Positions 7,659 through 13,334 of a stretch of 13,334 nucleotides of DNA are shown piece after piece. Made by a program: the position numbers and the translations under genes. The notes under the pieces are model-generated. The model had not been told where the DNA came from and made no database searches. It was given only the letters and a program-made list of their open reading frames with translations. This DNA is from Candidatus Eiseniibacteriota bacterium (lineage in GTDB: Bacteria; Eisenbacteria; RBG-16-71-46; SZUA-252). Each line of letters begins with the position of its first letter. The stretch's first letter is position 1. Location of the stretch: NCBI GenBank assembly GCA_031370645.1, contig JANMQV010000041.1:1-13334 (forward strand), in the 5' to 3' direction.

Positions 7659-7710
7659 TTGACAGCGCCGAGCCGCTCCCCGACGATCCCTGCTTCACCC
7701 CCCTGGGAGG
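7659..7710 (+). promoter_or_regulatory. Putative sigma70 promoter and RBS of the aminopeptidase-kinase operon
   Basis: Consensus TTGACA (7659-7664), 17-nt spacer, GACGAT (7682-7687, imperfect -10). GGAGG at 7706-7710 precedes ATG 7715. Confidence 0.55.
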
Positions 7711-7714
7711 CTGA

Positions 7715-10183
7715 ATGCCGATCCGCGACCCCCTGTACCACCCGATGTTCGTCGACCGCCGCGCGGCGCTCGAAGTGGCGCTTTTCGAGCCGTTTCCGCC
7801 CACGGGCCGGAAACCATGGTCGGAGCCCGACAATTCGCGCCGCGATCTCGAATTCCACGTCCGGCACTACAAGATTGCGCTCGGGGTCGACTTCGAACGG
7901 AAGATGCTCGAGGGTCGCGCGACGCTCACCATCGAGTCGCTTCGCGATTCGCTCCACGAGGTCGTCCTCGATGCCGCGGAACTCCGGATCGCGGCCGTCC
8001 GCTCGGGCCGCCGCCGCGCTTCGCATGCGGTGGAAGGGCACAAACTCCGCGTCACGCTGCCAAAGGCGCTGAACGTTGGCGAACGCACGACCGTCGAGAT
8101 CGACTACTCCACGCGCCCGCGAAAAGGCTTCACCTTCACGGGCCCCACGGAAGCCGAACCGAATCGGTCTCCCTGCGGCTGGTCGCAAGGGCAGGCGGAC
8201 GACTCGCATTGGTGGATTCCGTGTCTCGAAAGCACCGAGAGCCGCGCGACGCTCGAGATGAACGTCACCGCGCCGGCGGGATTCACGACGGTGAGCAACG
8301 GCCGGCTCATCGGGAAGCGGATCAATCGACGCGCCAAGACGGTCACGTGGCGCTGGCGGCAAGATACGGAACACCCGGTCTACCTGACCTCGCTCGTCGT
8401 CGGGAAGTACGTCGTGCTGAAGGACAAGATCGGGAAGACCGCGCTCGTGAACTACGTGCCGCGCGGGAAGGAGCGCGAGGGCTGGTTCTTCTTCCGGAAG
8501 ACGGGGAAGATGATCGCCCACTACGAGCGGGTCTTCGGATTCCCGTATCCGTACCCCAAGTACGCGCAAGTCTGCGTCCCCGACTTCACCTACGGTGGCA
8601 TGGAGAACACGAGCGCCACGACGATGTTCGACAGCGCGCTCCGCCTCCCGGAGGACTCGTTCGAGGGCTCCTACGAAGGGCTCGTGGCGCACGAACTCGC
8701 GCACCAGTGGTGGGGCGACTGCGTCACTTGCCGCCATTGGTCGGAGGGTTGGCTGAACGAGGGGTTCGCCACCTACTCCGAGATCATCTGGCTCGAGAAG
8801 GACAAGGGCACGGACCACGCGAATTACGCGCGGCTCGAGCAGATGGTGGCCTACCAGATCGAAGGCGGCCGCGATTATCGCCGTTCGATCGTTCAGACCA
8901 ACTATCGCCGCCCCGACAACATCTTCGACCGTCATCTCTACGAGAAGGGCGCGCTGGTGCTCCACATGCTGCGCGCGCTCCTCGGTGATGCGGCGTGGCG
9001 CCGGTCGCTCCAGCGCTACATCACGCAGCACGCGTTCAGTCCGGTGGAAACCGCCGACCTCCGGCGCGCCTGCGAAGAGGAGACGGGGCGGAACCTCACC
9101 TGGTTCTTCGACCAATGGATCTACGGCGCCGGTCATCCGGAACTCCGCGTGAAGCGGCGTTGGGACGATCGCTCGGGCGTCTTGACGCTCAAGTTCGAGC
9201 AGGTGCATGAGGCGGTCGAAGGTACGCCGGCGGTCTATCGGCTTCCGATGAACATCGAACTCTCGGTGGCCGGCCGCTGGCATACGATCCCGATCGAACT
9301 CCGCGCGAAGTCGGAGACGATTCAAATTCCCCTCGCGGCCCGCCCCGCGTACGTGGCGATCGACCCGGCGCACGACGTCATGAAACTCCTCGCCTTCGAC
9401 CGCACGGACGACGAACTCCGTCTAGGACTCGCGCGCTCGCCGCATGCGGTGGAGCGAATCCGATGCGCCCGTGAACTCGCGTCGCGAACCGACGACAAGA
9501 CGATTGCCGCGCTGCTTCGCACGGTGAAACGGGATCGATTCTGGGGTGTCCGCTCCGCCGCCGCCGTTTCACTCGGCGAAATCGGCCGGAAGGTGGCGGG
9601 CCTTGGCGACCGAATCGCCGCGGCCGGTATGAAGCAGGGCATCCGCGTCCGTCGCGCGACGATCTGGGCGCTCGGAATGATCGCGGACGAATCGGCCGGG
9701 AAACGACTCCGCCGAGTTGCTTTCAAGGAACGCGACTCCTACGCGGCCGGTGCGGCGATGATCGGTATCGCGCGCGTTGGCGGTAAGGGCGCCTTCGAAG
9801 CGATCGCCTCCCAACTCGAACGCGAAAGTCACCGCGATGCGTTCCAGGTGCTCGCGTTCGACGCGCTCATCACGCTCAAGGATCCGCGCGCCATCGACCT
9901 GCTGCTCGATTCGACAGATTTCGGCTACCGAAACGAGCGTCGCGCCGCCGCCGCCCGCGCGCTCGGCCGGTTCGGCACCCTCAACGACCTTACGGAAGTG
10001 CGTCTGATCGAGATGCTCGCGGAGCCATGGTTCCGCGCCCGCGCCGCCGCCGCCGCCGCGCTCGTGAGGCTCAAGTCGCCCCGCGCCGTGGTCGAAATCA
10101 CACGAGCCCTCGACCGGGAAGTCCTCGACTTCGTGAAGAGTGCGTACGAGCAGGCTCTCGCCGACGCGAAGGAGACGAAGTAG
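7715..10183 (+). CDS. pepN: M1-family zinc aminopeptidase (aminopeptidase N-like) with C-terminal HEAT-like repeats
   Basis: GGMEN exopeptidase motif, HELAH-x18-E (HELAHQWWG...WLNEGFATY), catalytic Tyr in YEKGA, WFFDQW, and C-terminal helical repeats (VRSAAAVSLG, RAAAARALG, RARAAAAAAL). No signal peptide. Confidence 0.93.
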   Translation: MPIRDPLYHPMFVDRRAALEVALFEPFPPTGRKPWSEPDNSRRDLEFHVRHYKIALGVDFERKMLEGRATLTIESLRDSLHEVVLDAAELRIAAVRSGRRRASHAVEGHKLRVTLPKALNVGERTTVEIDYSTRPRKGFTFTGPTEAEPNRSPCGWSQGQADDSHWWIPCLESTESRATLEMNVTAPAGFTTVSNGRLIGKRINRRAKTVTWRWRQDTEHPVYLTSLVVGKYVVLKDKIGKTALVNYVPRGKEREGWFFFRKTGKMIAHYERVFGFPYPYPKYAQVCVPDFTYGGMENTSATTMFDSALRLPEDSFEGSYEGLVAHELAHQWWGDCVTCRHWSEGWLNEGFATYSEIIWLEKDKGTDHANYARLEQMVAYQIEGGRDYRRSIVQTNYRRPDNIFDRHLYEKGALVLHMLRALLGDAAWRRSLQRYITQHAFSPVETADLRRACEEETGRNLTWFFDQWIYGAGHPELRVKRRWDDRSGVLTLKFEQVHEAVEGTPAVYRLPMNIELSVAGRWHTIPIELRAKSETIQIPLAARPAYVAIDPAHDVMKLLAFDRTDDELRLGLARSPHAVERIRCARELASRTDDKTIAALLRTVKRDRFWGVRSAAAVSLGEIGRKVAGLGDRIAAAGMKQGIRVRRATIWALGMIADESAGKRLRRVAFKERDSYAAGAAMIGIARVGGKGAFEAIASQLERESHRDAFQVLAFDALITLKDPRAIDLLLDSTDFGYRNERRAAAARALGRFGTLNDLTEVRLIEMLAEPWFRARAAAAAALVRLKSPRAVVEITRALDREVLDFVKSAYEQALADAKETK

Positions 10184-10185
10184 GA

Positions 10186-12690
10186 ATGTCGCTCGCCGCC
10201 GGAACCAAGCTCGGCCCCTACGAGATCATCGCACTCCTCGGAGCCGGCGGCATGGGCGAGGTCTACCGTGCTCGCGACACGCGGCTCGGAAGGGACGTGG
10301 CGGTGAAGGTGCTCCCGCGCGGCATGGCCTCCGACCCCGAACGCCAACAGCGCTTCGAAGCTGAAGCGCGTGCGGCCGGCGCGCTCAACCATCCGAACAT
10401 CGTGACCCTCCACGACGTCGGGGTCGCGGACGGCGTTCCTTACCTCGTGACCGAAGTACTCGAAGGCGAGAGTCTCCGCGCCTTCGTCCAGCGCGGCCCG
10501 GTGCCGCCGAACGCCGCCGTCGATCTCGTCGTTCAACTCGCGAACGGACTCTCCGTCGCGCACTTGAAGGGAATCGTCCACCGCGACTTGAAGCCCGAGA
10601 ATCTCTTCGTGCTGGCCGACGGGCGCCTCAAGATTCTCGACTTCGGAATCGCGAAGCTGATGCGTACCGAGTCCTCCGTCTCCGAGGCGGAAACGACTCC
10701 GGTCTTCGCATCGCTCACGATGGCGGGGACGATCATGGGCACCGTCTCCTACATGGCTCCCGAGCAACTCCGCGACCGGCCGGTCGATCAACGCGCCGAC
10801 CTCTTCGCCGTCGGCGCGATTCTTCACGAACTGCTGACCGGCAAGCAGCCATTTACCGGCGAGACTGCCGCCGATCGCGTGAGCGCCATCCTCATGGCGG
10901 ACCCGCCGGCGCTTCCACCCGCGGCCGAACGAGAGATCCCGGGCATCGGCGCGGTCGTCTCGCGCCTCCTCGCGAAACGGCCGGAGGGCCGATTCGACAC
11001 CGCCGCCGATCTCGCATTCACCCTGACACTCCTGAAAGGGAAGCCGGCTCCGCCGGCACTGGCGAGCGCGGGCACAACCGGTGATCGCCCCTCGCAGGCG
11101 AGCATCGAATTCCGGCAGCTCACGTTCCGAGACGGTGAAATCGGCAATGCGAGATTCGCTCCCGACGGCCAAACAGTTGTCTACGACGCGGGCTGGGGCG
11201 GGGGACGGAGCGAGCTCTATCTCACGAGGTTGGAATCGCCCGAGTCAACCCCGCTCGGGATTCAGAACGCCAACATCCAGGCAGTCTCCTCCACGACCGA
11301 AGTGGCCGCAATCCTTCGCCCCAAGGATCTCGGCGGATTCATTTGGGTCGGCACCCTGGCTCGCCTCCCTCTGATGGGAGGGCGGCCGCGCGAGGTCGTC
11401 GATTCTGTTTACTTCGCCGATTGGTCGCCGGACGGGCGGAGCCTCGCGGCGATCCGAGTGGTGGACGGAGCCTGCCAGCTTGAAGCGCCACTGGGCCGTG
11501 TCATTCACAAGACCCAGGCCTGGATGAGCCATCTCCGCTACTCCCCGGACGGCTCGATGCTCACGTACCTCGAACATCCCGGGATGGGGAATAACGCGGG
11601 CTACGTCTGCGTCATTCGCCCAGGCGAGGCCCCGCGACGGCTGACGGAGCGGTACGAGATGGTGTGGCGGCTGGCCTGGCGGCCCGACGGGAAAGAAATT
11701 TGGTTCGGCGCTCAGGAGGCCGACCAGCCGACGGTTGGAGTCGCAGGCGTCACGCTCGATGGTGTCGTGCGCCGCGTCTTCTCAGCGCCAGGTTGGGCCG
11801 CGGTCGAGGACGTGGCGCGAAACGGAGACGTCCTGCTCGCGATGACGCGCCCACGGATGCGAATGGAAATGGGCTCGCGAGCGGGAGGGGTTCTCGGGGT
11901 GAGAGACCTCTCGAATCTCGATTGGTCGCTCCTACGCGACATGAGCCTGGACGGGTCGGTGGTGTTGTTCGATGAAACCGGTCTCGGGTCGGCCGGAAAT
12001 GCGGGCATCTATCTCCGGCCGACCGATGGGAGCCCCGCGGTGCGGCTCGCCGATGGGATCTGTTCGTCGCTCTCGCCCGACGGCCGCCACATCCTCGCCG
12101 GACGTGGCCAGGAGCCAAGTGTTCTTCTCGTGGTCCCGACCGGAGCCGGCGAGACGCGTCGAATCGAGCTGGAAGGCTATGCCATCGCGAACGGAGCCTG
12201 GATTCCGGGCACCGATTCAGTCGTCGTCGTGGCATCGACGTCCAACGGTCCACGACTCGTCTATCGAGTGGACCTCGCCACGCATGCGATCGAACCGATC
12301 GGAGCGGGAATCCCCGTCGCCGGCGTTCACGTGCATGTCTCGCACGACGGGGCGCGGATCGCCGCCCGCGACGCAGCGGGCGTTCGAATCATCGAAATCA
12401 AAGACGGGTCGAGCCGCCTCATACCCGGCCTTCTACCTTCGTTCCTCCCGGCGACCTGGACGGCGGATGCACGCGCTCTCTTCGTCTGGAGCCGCGGCGA
12501 GGTCCCGGCGCGAATACTTCGTGTCGACGTGGAAACCGGGGCGACGGAGCCGTGGATGGAATTGTGGCCGTTGGTGCGAAGCGGCGTCGCCGGCTTCAAT
12601 TCGCTCCGCATGACCCCCGACGGAGAACAATACGCTTGCTCTTATGTGATGGTCGATTCCACGCTTTTCCATGCGCGGGGGCTCACCTAG
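10186..12690 (+). CDS. Hanks-type Ser/Thr protein kinase with C-terminal TolB/PD40 (WD40-like) beta-propeller repeats
   Basis: GAGGMGEVY, VAVK, HRDLKPEN, DFG, YMAPEQ and DLFAVG kinase motifs, followed by repeated (W/F/Y)SPDG-type motifs. ATG 10186 lies 2 nt after the pepN stop, with AAGGAG at 10169-10174; the ORF-track start at 10027 is too far upstream. Confidence 0.93.
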   Translation: MSLAAGTKLGPYEIIALLGAGGMGEVYRARDTRLGRDVAVKVLPRGMASDPERQQRFEAEARAAGALNHPNIVTLHDVGVADGVPYLVTEVLEGESLRAFVQRGPVPPNAAVDLVVQLANGLSVAHLKGIVHRDLKPENLFVLADGRLKILDFGIAKLMRTESSVSEAETTPVFASLTMAGTIMGTVSYMAPEQLRDRPVDQRADLFAVGAILHELLTGKQPFTGETAADRVSAILMADPPALPPAAEREIPGIGAVVSRLLAKRPEGRFDTAADLAFTLTLLKGKPAPPALASAGTTGDRPSQASIEFRQLTFRDGEIGNARFAPDGQTVVYDAGWGGGRSELYLTRLESPESTPLGIQNANIQAVSSTTEVAAILRPKDLGGFIWVGTLARLPLMGGRPREVVDSVYFADWSPDGRSLAAIRVVDGACQLEAPLGRVIHKTQAWMSHLRYSPDGSMLTYLEHPGMGNNAGYVCVIRPGEAPRRLTERYEMVWRLAWRPDGKEIWFGAQEADQPTVGVAGVTLDGVVRRVFSAPGWAAVEDVARNGDVLLAMTRPRMRMEMGSRAGGVLGVRDLSNLDWSLLRDMSLDGSVVLFDETGLGSAGNAGIYLRPTDGSPAVRLADGICSSLSPDGRHILAGRGQEPSVLLVVPTGAGETRRIELEGYAIANGAWIPGTDSVVVVASTSNGPRLVYRVDLATHAIEPIGAGIPVAGVHVHVSHDGARIAARDAAGVRIIEIKDGSSRLIPGLLPSFLPATWTADARALFVWSRGEVPARILRVDVETGATEPWMELWPLVRSGVAGFNSLRMTPDGEQYACSYVMVDSTLFHARGLT

Positions 12691-12732
12691 CCCCACTCGC
12701 GACACGCCTAGCCCAGAGCCCTGACACCGAGA

Positions 12733-12744
12733 TAAACTGGAGCC
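12733..12744 (+). promoter_or_regulatory. Putative -10 element for leaderless transcription of the LeuD-like gene
   Basis: TAAACT (12733-12738), GGAGCC, then ATG (12745). No convincing -35. Confidence 0.45.
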
Positions 12745-13334
12745 ATGACCACCGCCACCGACACCTTGCGAACCATCCGCGGCCGTGCGCTCATCTTCTG
12801 GGACTTGATGCAGCCCGAGAAGAAGCGCGACGCGATCGACACCGACCAGATCACGCCCGCTGAAGACTGCGTCTCCGAATCGCTCGCCACGCTTGACGAG
12901 CGCTGGAAGTCGGGCGCGTTTCGCCACGTCATGGCGGACTTCCGGGCGCGCGTGCATGGCGGCGAGACGTTCCTCATCGCCGGCGAGCGCTTCGCCATCG
13001 GCTCATCGCGGGAGATGTCCCCCGCGGGCCTGAAGGGAATCGCCGAGGAGGCGGGTCTCGAGATGGTGGTCGTCTGCGGCGCGAACATGGGGGACATCTT
13101 CCGGAAGAACGCGCTCAATCTCGGACTTCACGTCGTCCAGAGCCCCGAAGCGGTGGCCGACGCGAAGGATGGGGATACGCTGGAGTTCGACGTCGAGACG
13201 CGAGCGCTACGAAACGCCACGCAGAAGAAGGCGTACACGCCAGTCGCGCTCACGGTGAAGGAGGAGGAAATCCGCCGCGGCGGCGGAATCTTCGAGATGG
13301 GGCGCCGCGAGGTTACGACGGCCCGCTCTCGGAA
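12745..13334 (+). CDS. Aconitase-family swivel domain (3-isopropylmalate dehydratase small subunit/LeuD-like); 3'-partial, possibly the N-terminal domain of a fused hydratase
   Basis: Not in the ORF track because there is no stop in the window. Manual translation: MTTATDTLRTIRGRALIFWDLMQPEKKRDAIDTDQITPAEDCVS...FLIAGERFAIGSSREMSPAGL...GDIFRKNALNLGLHVV...EEEIRRGGGIFEMGRREVTTARSR. It shows the IDTDQI, GSSRE and IF-x-x-NA-x-N-x-GL motifs of the swivel domain. Open for 196 codons. Confidence 0.88.
   Translation, partial: MTTATDTLRTIRGRALIFWDLMQPEKKRDAIDTDQITPAEDCVSESLATLDERWKSGAFRHVMADFRARVHGGETFLIAGERFAIGSSREMSPAGLKGIAEEAGLEMVVVCGANMGDIFRKNALNLGLHVVQSPEAVADAKDGDTLEFDVETRALRNATQKKAYTPVALTVKEEEIRRGGGIFEMGRREVTTARSR

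Noticed and set aside
7562..9373. 603-aa minus-strand ORF, and similar long ORFs at 9925..11172, 1623..2888, 4392..5057, 4967..5668, 6802..7833 and 7816..8988
   Set aside because: They lie antisense or out of frame to well-supported genes, are Arg/Pro/Ala-rich with no motifs, and are the expected shadow ORFs of high-GC coding DNA.
10043..10057. (GCC)5 trinucleotide run in pepN
   Set aside because: It encodes the Ala-rich helix of a HEAT-like repeat; in frame and unremarkable at this GC content.
1..13334. CRISPR array, tRNA/rRNA, IS or integrase, defence island
   Set aside because: No regularly spaced repeats, cloverleaf or rRNA-like segments, terminal inverted repeats or recombinase motifs were found, and the intergenic gaps are all short.

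Overview
A GC-rich bacterial chromosomal segment made mostly of housekeeping and metabolic genes. The gene families suggest a soil lineage such as Acidobacteriota, Gemmatimonadota or Eisenbacteria, but that assignment is inference only. In order: a 5'-truncated LACTB2-type metallo-beta-lactamase-fold hydrolase coupled to a DinB-family protein (+); a stand-alone fused alpha/beta E1 of a 2-oxoacid (probably branched-chain) dehydrogenase (-); an alpha/beta-hydrolase, SDR, GNAT operon (+); a convergent, lower-GC pair made of a DUF318/ArsP-type permease and a secreted-protein gene interrupted by one in-frame TAG (-); an M1 aminopeptidase with HEAT-like repeats coupled to a Hanks-type Ser/Thr kinase with a beta-propeller (+); and a 3'-truncated, divergent LeuD-like aconitase swivel domain that the ORF track misses (+). 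I found no RNA genes, CRISPR arrays or transposases. The best leads are the amber-interrupted gene with a 3' stem-loop, the atypical and possibly fused LeuD-like gene, the kinase lacking a membrane span, and a recurring '-10 box / 6 nt / ATG' leaderless layout. No clearly novel multi-gene system can be demonstrated from this window alone.
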